From an uncultured delta proteobacterium (lineage in GTDB: Bacteria; Desulfobacterota; Binatia; UBA9968), in assembly GCA_963847445.1 (NCBI GenBank), contig CAWJZV010000033.1, forward strand, positions 69,485-133,484: DNA of 64,000 bases, given 5' to 3'. Each line of letters begins with the position of its first letter. Position 1 is the stretch's first letter. This document shows, piece by piece, positions 43,453 to 53,356 of the stretch. The notes below the pieces were generated by a model. That model saw only the letters and a list, made by a program, of their open reading frames with translations. It made no database searches and had not been told where the DNA came from. The position numbers and the translations under genes were made by a program.

Positions 43453-44598
43453 TTACAGATATGCCTCCTCGGGCATATTGAACTCCGCGCCTTCCTTGGC
43501 CAGCTGTTCCTCAAACATCTTGCGGATATACGGGTCCTCGTCGCGATATTCGATGGTGCTGCCGCCCTCTTTAACGTCGAGGTTCAAACCGCGCCAATCG
43601 ACGCCGGGCACACCCATGACGCGCCTGGGAAAGCCGCCGAGAAAGGCCAACACACGCAAAGGTTCTTTCGATGCGCCATAGTGGCCGTGGAACCAGCCGG
43701 CGTCGCCGGGGGCGGCGCTGACGATGCCGCCGGGCTTATAGTCTTGGCGCCGCACCAACTCGCCCTTGCCATCCTTCCAAGGCGTAGTCCCCGCTTCGCC
43801 CGGCCAGGTGATCGTGTAGCCTTTGCCGCCGAGACATAACAGCACCGGCCCGGCTTCATGGTTGTGACAGCGGGAGTAGCGGCCGGGCGCATACTGGGCG
43901 ATGAAGCCCTGGAAGCAATTGCCGGACAGGTTCCAAAAAAAGGTCCGGTGGCCAACGCCGCGCTGGCCATCGAGCGGCAGCTCGACGCGGTCAGCATCTG
44001 GAATAATGTTACCGTAGTTACGCGCGCGACCGTGGCGCGGGTCTTTGCCGAGCTCCGTATGCGCCTTGAAATAATCCCCGCTACCATCGTAGCGATCCTT
44101 AAACTGATATGGGTTGTTGAACAGCGCGTCCTGACTTCGGTACAGGTGAAAAATCGGCGGCGCGTTAGTCACGCCGAGTAGTAAGGCCGGGCTAGAGGTG
44201 GCGTTGACGATGCGGTGCCAGGTATTCAGCGGTGGAGAAAAGAGGCTACCCTGCTGCCACTCGAAGGTCTGCTTCCTGTTGGCATCATCGCTCCAGATCT
44301 CGGTCGTGCCGCGCCCCTCAAGCACATAGAAGATCTCCTCGTACATATGCTTTTCCGGAGTAATTACGCCGGCACTGGGCACCTCGATGACATACATCCC
44401 CTGGAGCCCGCCGCAGCCGTTGAGCTCGATGAACGCGCCCTGCGCGCCCATGCGCTTCCAAGACGCCAAAGTCAGTTCGCGCATGTCGTAAAACCCCACC
44501 GTGCCGCGATGGATCGGCAGATTTTGCTCGTCCATGTAAAGCTCATAGGGAGTGGCAGGCCGTATCCAGCGTTTTGTTCCGACAAAATCTTGCGCCAT
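43453..44598 (-). CDS. Bicupin-domain protein
   Basis: EKHMYEE...G.G.T...PPLNTWH and second site CHNHEAG...WFHGH. Confidence 0.85.
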   Translation of the reverse strand: MAQDFVGTKRWIRPATPYELYMDEQNLPIHRGTVGFYDMRELTLASWKRMGAQGAFIELNGCGGLQGMYVIEVPSAGVITPEKHMYEEIFYVLEGRGTTEIWSDDANRKQTFEWQQGSLFSPPLNTWHRIVNATSSPALLLGVTNAPPIFHLYRSQDALFNNPYQFKDRYDGSGDYFKAHTELGKDPRHGRARNYGNIIPDADRVELPLDGQRGVGHRTFFWNLSGNCFQGFIAQYAPGRYSRCHNHEAGPVLLCLGGKGYTITWPGEAGTTPWKDGKGELVRRQDYKPGGIVSAAPGDAGWFHGHYGASKEPLRVLAFLGGFPRRVMGVPGVDWRGLNLDVKEGGSTIEYRDEDPYIRKMFEEQLAKEGAEFNMPEEAYL

Positions 44599-44928
44599 GC
44601 TTCATTGCCTCCATTAGTTATCCAGTTTGCTTCACTCGGAGTCGGCACGGTGAAAGCGCTTATATGTCGCGTGAGTCGAGAACTCCGACTATACATGACG
44701 GATATGCCACCACTGGGCGGTAGCATGCAAACAAACGAATAAGTGTAAGAAAAAATCGTGCGGGCGACAGCGAGCTAGCCGAAGAAGCGACAAACTAGCC
44801 TGAACATTTCGCCGCGAATGATACAGATTGGAGAAAATTCACCAATGGTGAGAAACTCGTCAACCGATGCGTTATCGAAGTTACTGCTGAAATGGTAGCC
44901 GGATTGCCGTGAGATTATCGCGGTAAGA

Positions 44929-45630
44929 TTACAGCCTCTGCTCGACGGCCATGCCACGGCGGATCACCACTGCCAAAACATCGTCCGCGTCGCGGTGGCA
45001 ATCGATGAATCGGCGGAGTGCCGCCACCTCGTCCGTGGTAAAGCAACTTCGGCAATTGTCGAGGAGCATGCTCCAAGCAGGCGCATCCAAACGTCCGTAA
45101 GCGATATTGTCATCGACCAGGTTGAACTCGCGGCCGCAAACCGAGCGGGCGTCGAGAGCGCATACGACCCGGCGATAGAGTTGCACGAACAAATCGATTT
45201 TCTGGTCGGACAAAGGCTCTGCAGGCGCCCAGGAAAAGCGCAGTTTCATTTCCTTGCGCAGCGAGTTTTCCTGAACGTCGAGAGTGGACTCCTGCCGCAC
45301 CAGCCGTCCCGGCACTATTTCGTAGCGCAGCGGCTCTTGAATACTCGACCGAAGCCGCCGCAGTAAGACGGTCTCCTTGCCATCGGTAGTCTCAATATAA
45401 CCGGCTGCCATGGGATCCGAGCTCCGGCCGTCGGGGAAATAGCTCTGCCCGGTGGCCTCAAGCGGTTCGAGCCGATGGCCGGCATGTCTGGCGATGAAAT
45501 CATGCCAATCGTTGGCCACCCTTTCCTTGACTCCGCCCGCCGATACGGAATAGTAGGGCGCTTTGTCGAACGCTGTCACATGATGCACGGCGTCACACTT
45601 GCGACAGCGAATAAACTTTGGGTTAAGCAT
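44929..45630 (-). CDS. Hypothetical protein with putative Zn site
   Basis: CRKC near the N-terminus and HAGH; overlaps the end of the hybrid kinase. Confidence 0.65.
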   Translation of the reverse strand: MLNPKFIRCRKCDAVHHVTAFDKAPYYSVSAGGVKERVANDWHDFIARHAGHRLEPLEATGQSYFPDGRSSDPMAAGYIETTDGKETVLLRRLRSSIQEPLRYEIVPGRLVRQESTLDVQENSLRKEMKLRFSWAPAEPLSDQKIDLFVQLYRRVVCALDARSVCGREFNLVDDNIAYGRLDAPAWSMLLDNCRSCFTTDEVAALRRFIDCHRDADDVLAVVIRRGMAVEQRL

Positions 45631-46733
45631 ATTTGCGCTGTTGCGTAGCCAGCACCAGCCTGGGACGGGAAGCTCATGTGGACTCGGGTCCCGACGTTGG
45701 GACTACTGGTGATGCTTAGTTTACCACCGACGAGATCAGCCATGCGCCGCGCCACCGTGAGCCCGATGCCCAGACCGGAGAAGGCGCGCCGCGACGAATT
45801 GTCCGCTTGATGAAATGGTTCGAAGATCGTGTCGATTTTGTTCTGCTCGATACCGACCCCGGTATCTATAATTTCAAAATCCATAGACGCGCGGTCGGCC
45901 GACGCGCCGACTTTGATCGTGATTTCGCCCTCTGCAGTGAACTTGACCGAGTTATTAAAAATATTCTGAAAAACCCGTTCGATTTTGGCGCGGTCGTTGA
46001 CCATCGATAAATCGCCGTTGGCGAACTGCACGTTGAGTTGCAAGCCCTTATCGCGGATCATCTTTTCGTGCCGAGCGACCGATTCCTTGACGAGATCGCG
46101 GGCATCGAACTTCTCGACACTGGCATTGGCGTCGCCGGCGTTGAGCGAAGTCATCCACAGCACGTTATCGATCAACTCCAAGAGCTCTTCCGAATTGCGA
46201 TAGACGGTTTCGAGCACCTTCTGTTGTTCCTCGCTGAGCTTGCCGATGACCTGGTTTAGCAGCAGATAGACGAAACCGACGACCACGCTGAGCGGCGTGC
46301 GCAGTTCATGGGAAACGTTGGAGAGAAAATCGGACTTGACCTGGCGCAGCTTGGCTTTGGCGGTGCGCCGTTCCAAGCCGCGCCGGACCAGCGACAGGAT
46401 GTGATTCACGTCGAAGGGCTTAGAGATATAATCGAACGCGCCCAGGCGTAAACCTTCGATGGCCGTGTCGAGCGAACCATAGCCGGTGATGATGATCGCC
46501 TCGATGTCGTGATCATGGGCTTTGACCTTCTCCAGCACGTTGATGCCGGTCAGCCCCGGCATCTTGAGATCCAAGGTCACCAGGTCCACCGAATGCCGCT
46601 TGAGCATCTCTATCGCCTGGGCGCCCCGGTCGGCGACAAGCACATTGTAATAGGGGTTGAGAATCATCTTGAGCGATTCTCGCGGTCCCATCTCGTCATC
46701 GACGACTAATATGTTGGGTTTGCTGGCATCCAT
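45576..46733 (-). CDS. Cytoplasmic receiver-histidine kinase hybrid (REC-HisKA-HATPase)
   Basis: ILVVDDE, LDLKMP, H-box SHELRTPL, NSVKFT, DTGVGI, GLGIGL. Confidence 0.93.
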   Translation of the reverse strand: MDASKPNILVVDDEMGPRESLKMILNPYYNVLVADRGAQAIEMLKRHSVDLVTLDLKMPGLTGINVLEKVKAHDHDIEAIIITGYGSLDTAIEGLRLGAFDYISKPFDVNHILSLVRRGLERRTAKAKLRQVKSDFLSNVSHELRTPLSVVVGFVYLLLNQVIGKLSEEQQKVLETVYRNSEELLELIDNVLWMTSLNAGDANASVEKFDARDLVKESVARHEKMIRDKGLQLNVQFANGDLSMVNDRAKIERVFQNIFNNSVKFTAEGEITIKVGASADRASMDFEIIDTGVGIEQNKIDTIFEPFHQADNSSRRAFSGLGIGLTVARRMADLVGGKLSITSSPNVGTRVHMSFPSQAGAGYATAQICLTQSLFAVASVTPCIM

Positions 46734-46747
46734 GGCGAACCTATTTC

Positions 46748-46790
46748 AGCAAGGCGCATGCCACCAGAGTTTTTAGGTAAGGGATTGAAT
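46748..46790 (-). promoter_or_regulatory. Sigma-54 promoter with upstream IHF-like site
   Basis: Minus strand TGGCATGCGCCTTGCT (46763-46748; GG-N10-GC); ATTCAATCCCTTA (46790-46778) fits WWTCAA-N4-TTR. Confidence 0.6.
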
Positions 46791-46853
46791 TTAGAGGGAG
46801 TTGTTCCGCAAGAAGGGACCGTTAAGGAAGCTGAAGGCAACAAAAATGTCCAA

Positions 46854-48270
46854 TTATGACGATAATTTCACCTCTTCATCCTCGTCCTCATCGTTAGGAT
46901 TGTGGATCTTGAGCTTCTCGATGCGGTACTTGAGGATGCGCCGGCTGGTGTTGAGAATCGATCGCGGCCTTGGTCTGATTGAAGCCGGTGCGCTGCAAGG
47001 CTTTGACGATCAGCTCGCGCTCGAACTCATCGACCGCGTCGCTCAGCGGCCGCGAACCGCTCAAGACGTCTTCCTTGAGCGTGGCGGTTTGATCCGTCGA
47101 GCGCATGCTCGGCGGCAAATCGCGCAGCGTCACGGTTTCTTGGGGCGTCAAAATCGTCAGGCGCTCGATCAAATTCTCCAGCTCGCGAATGTTACCCGGC
47201 CAAGGATAAGACGTGAAAAAGTCGACAACCTCGGGGGATAGCGTCTTCGCGCTGATCGAATGTTCCTGGGATTTGAGGCGCAAGAAATGGTCGAGCAGCA
47301 AGACAATATCTTCACGGCGTTCGCGCAGCGGCGGCAAGAATAACGAAATCACATTGAGCCGGTAGAACAGATCCGGCCGAAACTCGGCGTTTTTGGCCAT
47401 TTGCTCCAGATCGCGGTTACTCGCCGCAATGATGCGCACGTCCACTTTGATTTCGTCCGTGCCCCCGAGACGGCTGAACGTCTCCTGTTCGATGGCGCGC
47501 AGAAACTTCGCCTGAACACCGATGATCGAGTTCGCCGATCTCGTCGAGGAAAAATGTGCCGCCATGGGCGAGTTCGAAGCGGCCGATCTTCTTCTGCGAC
47601 GCGTTGGTGAAAGCGCCACGCTCATAACCGAACAGCTCGCTCTCCATCAAATTTTCCGGCAAGGCCGCGCAGTTCACCACCACGAAAGGTTTCGAGCGCC
47701 GGTCGCTATTGTAGTGAATCGCCCTGGCGATGAGCTCCTTGCCGGTGCCGCTTTCACCGGTAATCAGCACTGTGCTTTTTTTCGCCGCCACCATGCTGAC
47801 CGCTTTGAAGACGTCGGTGATTTGCTTCGACTTGCCGATGATGAAGTCGATGCCGTACTTGCGGCCAACCTCTTCCTTCAAGCGCTCCAATTCCCGCGAC
47901 AGCTGAACTTTTTCAAGCGCATGCTCGACGCGCAGACGCAGTTCTTCCACGTCGAAATGGCTTAGTCACGTAATCGAAAGCGCCAGTTCCCTTGGCGGTA
48001 AAAGCCGTTCTGGCGGTATTGATACCCGTGAGCATGATCACCTGGCAGTCAGGGTGGATGGATTTGATTTGCTTGAGCACACCGAGACCGTCGGCACCGG
48101 GCATCATGACGTCCAAAAGCACCGCGTCGGGCCTGTCCTCGGTAACCTTTTGAATCGCTTCGTCGGCGGACGATGCTTCCAAGACCCGGTAGATCTTGTT
48201 GAACACCATTTGCAGCGATTGGCGCACGCCGACTTCGTCGTCCACCACCAATAATGAGGGGCTGACTCAT
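46854..48270 (-). CDS. NtrC-family sigma-54-dependent response regulator, frameshifted
   Basis: REC (VVDDE, LDVMMP), [34 protein letters not shown], Fis [19 protein letters not shown]. Confidence 0.92.
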
Positions 48271-48289
48271 GTCAGTTTTCTTTTCCGTA

Positions 48290-48521
48290 CTCAACAATCG
48301 GGAACTCCATTTCTTACCGTGTCTTTTTCCGCGTTGGACTCGGTCCGCGTTAAAAGCGGCCGCCAGCTTTTTCCAGCAGATGTTCTGGCTAACAGCTCAC
48401 GAAGCGGCAAATGGCTATCCTCGGGCGATCGCTAGGGGCGCTAAGTAATCAGCAATCGACTCCATGCGGGCACCTTCACGGACCGAGGTAATGGCCAACA
48501 TATCGGGCAGGTGATCCACAT
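48290..48521 (-). CDS. Possible small ORF (MWITCPIC...), frame broken
   Basis: GGAG RBS and ATG just downstream of a sigma-54 promoter; needs indels to read through. Confidence 0.3.
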
Positions 48522-48549
48522 GTCGTGCTACTCCCCGGGGCTGTCTACC

Positions 48550-48594
48550 AGCAACCCACAGGCCAATCCGCGGCGTTTATTTTTCAAACAGTTA
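48550..48594 (-). promoter_or_regulatory. Sigma-54 promoter with upstream IHF-like site
   Basis: Minus strand TGGCCTGTGGGTTGCT (48565-48550); TTTCAAACAGTTA on the plus strand at about 48582-48594. Confidence 0.62.
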
Positions 48595-48724
48595 GCTTAC
48601 GGGACAGTAACACTGACACTGTCAACGATAGGCAAAAAGTGACAAGAATGACAATCGAACACCGATCGTTCGATGTACGCCAGCTGTTTTTGTCCGAGCG
48701 GATTGGCCCGAATTGTCCGTTTTT

Positions 48725-49065
48725 TTACCATTTGGAACGGCTTTGCCGTTTAGCGCGTTGGGCATGAAACTCGCCGACTGTGGTTTTGGTCGTTTTCCCG
48801 AAGCGCAATCGCGCTTTGGCGCGAGAATCGACGAGAAACCGCACGGCGAAAGGCATCTGCGGCGCCATTTGCACCAGGCTGCCTGCTTCCCAGCGATAAT
48901 GTGGTGAGACGCCAAGTATCAACAGGTCGACCTTTGCAACCGTATCGGGCTGAGGTAGTCCAAGGATCCCAGCGGACGTTTCGACACTGCGAACTCGCGC
49001 CCCAAGATTATCGCCAGCGACTCGCGGACGACCGCATACTCATCAATGACTAAGATTCGCTTCAT
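48725..49065 (-). pseudogene. Truncated pseudo-receiver-domain gene
   Basis: Start overlaps the kinase stop (TAATG); MKRILVIDEYAVVRESLAIILGREF...VDLLILGV has Gly at the phosphoacceptor position; loses recognisable similarity after about 90 codons. Confidence 0.6.
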
Positions 49066-51269
49066 TAGTGTGAGCCATACCGCTCATGAGTGTGAGCCAC
49101 ACTGCTCACGGCGGCCCGTACCGGAGCGCTAACAGGCAAATGGACAAAAAATGCGGTTCCCTGTCCTACCTTACTCTCCACGGTGAGAAAACCACCATGT
49201 TCCTCGACGATCTGATGAGACACGGCCAACCCCAAGCCGCTGCCTTCTTCCTTACCGCTGGTAAAGAACGGATCGAAAATGTGCTCCAAGTTATCCTCCG
49301 CAATACCGATACCGGTATCGCGCACCTCCACCTGGACAAACTGCCCGACCGGTGTCGTACCCCGGCGCGTAACCTCCCGGCTCGATATCGTAATAGAACC
49401 CTCCCCGTCCATGGCTTGGATCGCATTGAGTATCAGGTTCATAAATACCTGCTTCATCTGTTCTCTATCGATCCAGGCCTTGGCGACCTCAGTGGCGAAA
49501 TCGCGAACGATGACAACGCCTTTTTCTTTGGCCTGAGCCTCCAAAATGCGCGCGATGTTGTCGACCACATCGTTGATATTCTCCGGTGCGACATTGGGCT
49601 TAGACGGGCGTGCGAAACTGAGCAGATCGTTGATCAAACCACAAATGCGGTCAACTTCTTTGAGCGCCAAACCCTGAAACCCATCGCGGAATTCCGCGTC
49701 GTTGTAGCGTTCTGGCAAGAGTTGCGTAAAGGTGCGAATCGCCACCAAGGGATTGCGGATCTCATGGGCCAGACCGGCGGTCAGCAAACCTAACGAAGAA
49801 AGCCGATCGGCTCGTCGCAAAGTCACTTGGGATTGTTTGAGATTTTCATATAGCCGGGCGTTTTCGATGGCGATCGCCGCCTGATTGCCAAGCGTCGAAA
49901 GCAATTCCAAATCTTCATCCGAGTAAAGAGATTTGTCTTCTTTGTGGCCCAAATTCAGTATACCGATGAGCTTCTCCTTCGAGATGATCGGCAAACTGAT
50001 CTCCGCGCCGAGTTTGTCCATGGTCTCAATCGTCTGCGGCGTCTCCGGCCCCACCGGCACCCACTCGAGCTCTTCCTTGACGATCGGCTCTTTGCGGCTC
50101 TGCAAGAGCTTGATCAAGGGTCCATCGCGCGACAAGAGTATTCGTTCCGGATGGTCGAACTCGAGACCAACGCTCGCCTCCAAATTGTAACTGCCCTTCC
50201 CTTCGTTGCTGAGCAAAAGCGAAACTTTGTCAATCCGCAGCGACTTACCGATAGTCTCAACGAGTTTTACCGATAGCGCTTTGAGATCGACGATGGTGAC
50301 CATGTCTTGGCTGGAGCGCAGGAGGGTTTCACGGTAGTCAAATCCCTTCTTGAAAAGCACTCGTTCTAGCGCATCTTCGGTTCTGAAGCGTAGCTTTGGG
50401 AATAGGAAACCGACAAATAGGAATAGCAGTAGTACTGAAAGTGAAAACAAATAGTTGATTTCACCAAATGCCATTTGCTGTCCCCAAATTACCAGCACGT
50501 AACAAGGAACCAGCAGAAGCAATAAAAGTAGTCCGTAAATTAGGCTCTTTTTGACGACAACGCTAATGTCTAGTAATCGATAATGGACGATCGCATAAGC
50601 GGTGCTCGAGACATACACCGGGATGGCGTAAGTGCCATATGGAAATAATGGGAATATAGTAATGTCATAAAGGAATAAAAAATTATCGAGACCACCGGCG
50701 TAGCCGAATAATGAGCCGAATAGGAGATACTTGATCTGATTCTTCCTCGACCCCTCGGCCCTCTGGTAGCCGCGAAGTAGCATCGCAAGGCCCCACATTG
50801 CGCAAAATACGAAATACGCGACCAGATAGGCGTAGCCTGGATTGGCAATCATTAAGTAGGGTATGTCGTATTTGGGTCCGACATCGGAGACAAGAACACC
50901 AGTAACACACAGGTAGGCTAGTATCGCCGCGACACCGTAAAGCACACCTAGGAGGCAGCGGGTGAGCTTGACTCTCGGACTGGCAAAAAACTCGGTCACA
51001 AAATGCACAAACAGCACGGGGATTAGGGCCGCCCCTAGATGCAGGTATTTCCCGGTAATCAAAGCCAACGATCTGTTATCAGTGAATACATGCAGCGCCA
51101 AGAAGGCGCTCCAGTAGGAAATCGCGAAGGAGTAAATCGCGAATATGCGGTAAAGATTTAGCCGATGATTACGAAAGAGAACGAAGCAGCCGAGTCCTCC
51201 CGTCGTCAGCGCGGTTAAAGCAGCGGAGAAACTAATATGTTCGGCAGCGGTAAAACCCAATGGTATCAC
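49065..51269 (-). CDS. Sensor histidine kinase: multi-TM (HisKA_7TM-like) sensor, GAF, HisKA, HATPase
   Basis: About 9 hydrophobic segments, YAIVHYRLLDI, GAF (LIGILNLG...IAIENARLY), H-box AHEIRNPL, GSGLGL. Confidence 0.93.
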   Translation of the reverse strand: MIPLGFTAAEHISFSAALTALTTGGLGCFVLFRNHRLNLYRIFAIYSFAISYWSAFLALHVFTDNRSLALITGKYLHLGAALIPVLFVHFVTEFFASPRVKLTRCLLGVLYGVAAILAYLCVTGVLVSDVGPKYDIPYLMIANPGYAYLVAYFVFCAMWGLAMLLRGYQRAEGSRKNQIKYLLFGSLFGYAGGLDNFLFLYDITIFPLFPYGTYAIPVYVSSTAYAIVHYRLLDISVVVKKSLIYGLLLLLLLVPCYVLVIWGQQMAFGEINYLFSLSVLLLFLFVGFLFPKLRFRTEDALERVLFKKGFDYRETLLRSSQDMVTIVDLKALSVKLVETIGKSLRIDKVSLLLSNEGKGSYNLEASVGLEFDHPERILLSRDGPLIKLLQSRKEPIVKEELEWVPVGPETPQTIETMDKLGAEISLPIISKEKLIGILNLGHKEDKSLYSDEDLELLSTLGNQAAIAIENARLYENLKQSQVTLRRADRLSSLGLLTAGLAHEIRNPLVAIRTFTQLLPERYNDAEFRDGFQGLALKEVDRICGLINDLLSFARPSKPNVAPENINDVVDNIARILEAQAKEKGVVIVRDFATEVAKAWIDREQMKQVFMNLILNAIQAMDGEGSITISSREVTRRGTTPVGQFVQVEVRDTGIGIAEDNLEHIFDPFFTSGKEEGSGLGLAVSHQIVEEHGGFLTVESKVGQGTAFFVHLPVSAPVRAAVSSVAHTHERYGSH

Positions 51270-51287
51270 AAATCAACCTTATGACGT

Positions 51288-52529
51288 TTAGCCCGATGCT
51301 TTGAGAACAATCGATGCGAGCTTGCCACCGAATCCGAAGGTATTTAGGAGCGCATTTCTAATGGGAGCATGAATCGGCTCGAATCGATTGACGTTTGCCG
51401 CACAGGCCGGGTCGAGGTTTTCGCAATTGATGCTACGAGGGATAGTCTGTTTATGCATGCATATCGCGGCCGCGACTGCCTCGATCGCGCCACACGCGCC
51501 TTGGGTGTGGCCCAACATCGACTTAATGGCTACGATAGGCAAGCTTGCGAAGCGCTCCTCGAAAACGTTGCGCAACGCCAGGACTTCGGTTCTATCGTCG
51601 GCAACCGAACCGGACGCATGAGCCTGCACATAGTCAACATCGATCGGCAAGATTTCCGCGTCAGCGAGAGCCGCCTCCATCACCGCCGTCGCCTGCTGTC
51701 CATCAGGATTCATCATCATCAAGCTATAAGGATCCGAACAATGCGACCAGCCGCCAATTTCGGCATAGACTCTTGCCCCCCGATTCAGGGCTCGTTCTAG
51801 CAGCTCGCAAACCAAAACAGCGGCACCTTCGCTGAGCACGATGCCATCGCGTCGAATATCGAACGGGCGAGGGGCGGAAGTCGGTACGAGACTTTCGCTC
51901 GTCATAACTCGCGATGCGCAATAGGCTCCGAAAATCCCCGGATCGAGGGGCGCTTCAGTCCCGCCTAACAGTGCCACATCTGCGCGGCCGGCTCGAATGT
52001 TGTCCAATGCGTACCCCAACGCGAGGGTACTGGATACACATCCGGAGGAAATTGTATCGCTTATTCCCTTGAGGCCTAACAATGTAGAAATTTGCGCCGA
52101 ACTGGCATTCGGAAAAGTCGAAATGGCGGTAAACGGATTGATCCGTTTCAGACCTTTCTCTCTAAAGACATCGTACTCGTGAAACGCCCAAGCCTGGCCG
52201 CCCACCGCTGTACCCGTTAAAACAGCATAGCGAGACATATCGCCAGTAAGCTGTAATCGCGCATCGTCTATCGCCATTAGCGCCGCCGCAACGATCATTT
52301 GCGACGACCGGTCCATTCTCCGGGCTGCCTTCAGCGAGATAAAATCCAGCGGGTCAAAATTGGTAATTTCTCCGGCGACTTGGGTTGAGTAACTCGACGC
52401 GTCAAAGCTGGAAATGCGCTTGGTGCCCGACTGCCCGTTACGAATCCCCAGACAGAAGTCTTTTTTGCCGACCCCAATGGGGGACACAATTCCCACTCCT
52501 GTGATGACAACTCGGCGCGAAGGTTTCAC
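51288..52529 (-). CDS. Beta-ketoacyl-ACP synthase II (FabF)-like ketosynthase, divergent
   Basis: RRVVITGVG, SSGCVSS (Cys), RPFD..RDG..EGA, QAHASGS and GHTQGA (His), FGFGG. Confidence 0.9.
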   Translation of the reverse strand: MKPSRRVVITGVGIVSPIGVGKKDFCLGIRNGQSGTKRISSFDASSYSTQVAGEITNFDPLDFISLKAARRMDRSSQMIVAAALMAIDDARLQLTGDMSRYAVLTGTAVGGQAWAFHEYDVFREKGLKRINPFTAISTFPNASSAQISTLLGLKGISDTISSGCVSSTLALGYALDNIRAGRADVALLGGTEAPLDPGIFGAYCASRVMTSESLVPTSAPRPFDIRRDGIVLSEGAAVLVCELLERALNRGARVYAEIGGWSHCSDPYSLMMMNPDGQQATAVMEAALADAEILPIDVDYVQAHASGSVADDRTEVLALRNVFEERFASLPIVAIKSMLGHTQGACGAIEAVAAAICMHKQTIPRSINCENLDPACAANVNRFEPIHAPIRNALLNTFGFGGKLASIVLKASG

Positions 52530-52576
52530 GGCTTAATTAGCTTGCTCCGCCGAAGGTTCAATAAATGTGGCAACGG

Positions 52577-53053
52577 GTGCTGCTGATTTATTTACACTAA
52601 GTCGCGTTGGAATGATCATCGCAACTTCCCACTTATATCGAGCGAAAGGGTTCCTAATTCCCGGCTTAATGCCGCTTCCTCCCGTATCGTGCGATGCACA
52701 AACGGGGGAAGGTATACAGAAAGGGAAGTCGCCAGGGCACTGCGTGAGCCGGCAAGTAGAGGTAAGCCAATGGCTTCAAAAATTTTGGACAGACAATGGG
52801 GATTTCGAACAAACTGATACGCGCCAGTGCTAACCAGCGCATGGTGATCCCGGATTTCAATATGAATGCTGTGAAACGGCCCTAGAGATCGGATCGCCCA
52901 ATGCCTTCCTAATATCGAGACACTGACCATCATGCACCCAACAACCGCTAGTCGAAGCGAAGCCGGACTCGCTACCCAATCGTTCATTCTCCACGTTTCT
53001 AAACAACGTACTCCTGCGTAACCGATCAGAAGCCAAACAATTAAATTTTGCAA
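52577..53053 (-). pseudogene. Isoprenylcysteine carboxyl methyltransferase (ICMT/Ste14) family, shortened or degenerate
   Basis: WAIRSLG.FHSIHIEIRDHHALVSTGAYQFVRNP...RTIREEAAL; HPxY motif altered, N-terminal helices short, tail FARYK.EV.MIIP is in another frame. Confidence 0.7.
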
Positions 53054-53077
53054 ACGAAATCATCTCGTTTAGATCGT

Positions 53078-53272
53078 TTATTTACCATCGCTCTCGTCAA
53101 TTCCATTCGAGTTTTTCATCAGCCATTCGTCGATCAGACTCTGCTTAAAACGCCATTGGTTTCCAACACGAAAAGCCGGGATCTTTTTGCGCCCCACCAA
53201 ACGATAAATTGTGAACTTATCGACCCTAAGGTATTGGGCCACTTGATCGGTGGTTAGTAAATTTTCTTGCAT
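53078..53272 (-). CDS. HTH_17 (Xis/BldC-like MerR-superfamily) DNA-binding protein
   Basis: LLTTDQVAQYLRVDKFTIYRL...IPAFRVGNQWRF...IDEW. Confidence 0.9.
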   Translation of the reverse strand: MQENLLTTDQVAQYLRVDKFTIYRLVGRKKIPAFRVGNQWRFKQSLIDEWLMKNSNGIDESDGK

Positions 53273-53285
53273 CTGGATACTCTTA

Positions 53286-53315
53286 TGGCAATGTTTGGCA
53301 CTGTTTGGCATTGAT
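53286..53315. promoter_or_regulatory. Three direct repeats at 10-bp period upstream of the HTH gene
   Basis: TGGCAATGTT TGGCACTGTT TGGCATTGAT. Confidence 0.65.
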
Positions 53316-53356
53316 ATACAAAGCCAGCTCTAAGAGTCAACGATTATTAAGTAAAG

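Noticed and set aside
53078-53272. Prophage/ICE excisionase
   Set aside because: No integrase, att duplication or phage genes; it heads a biosynthetic-signalling operon
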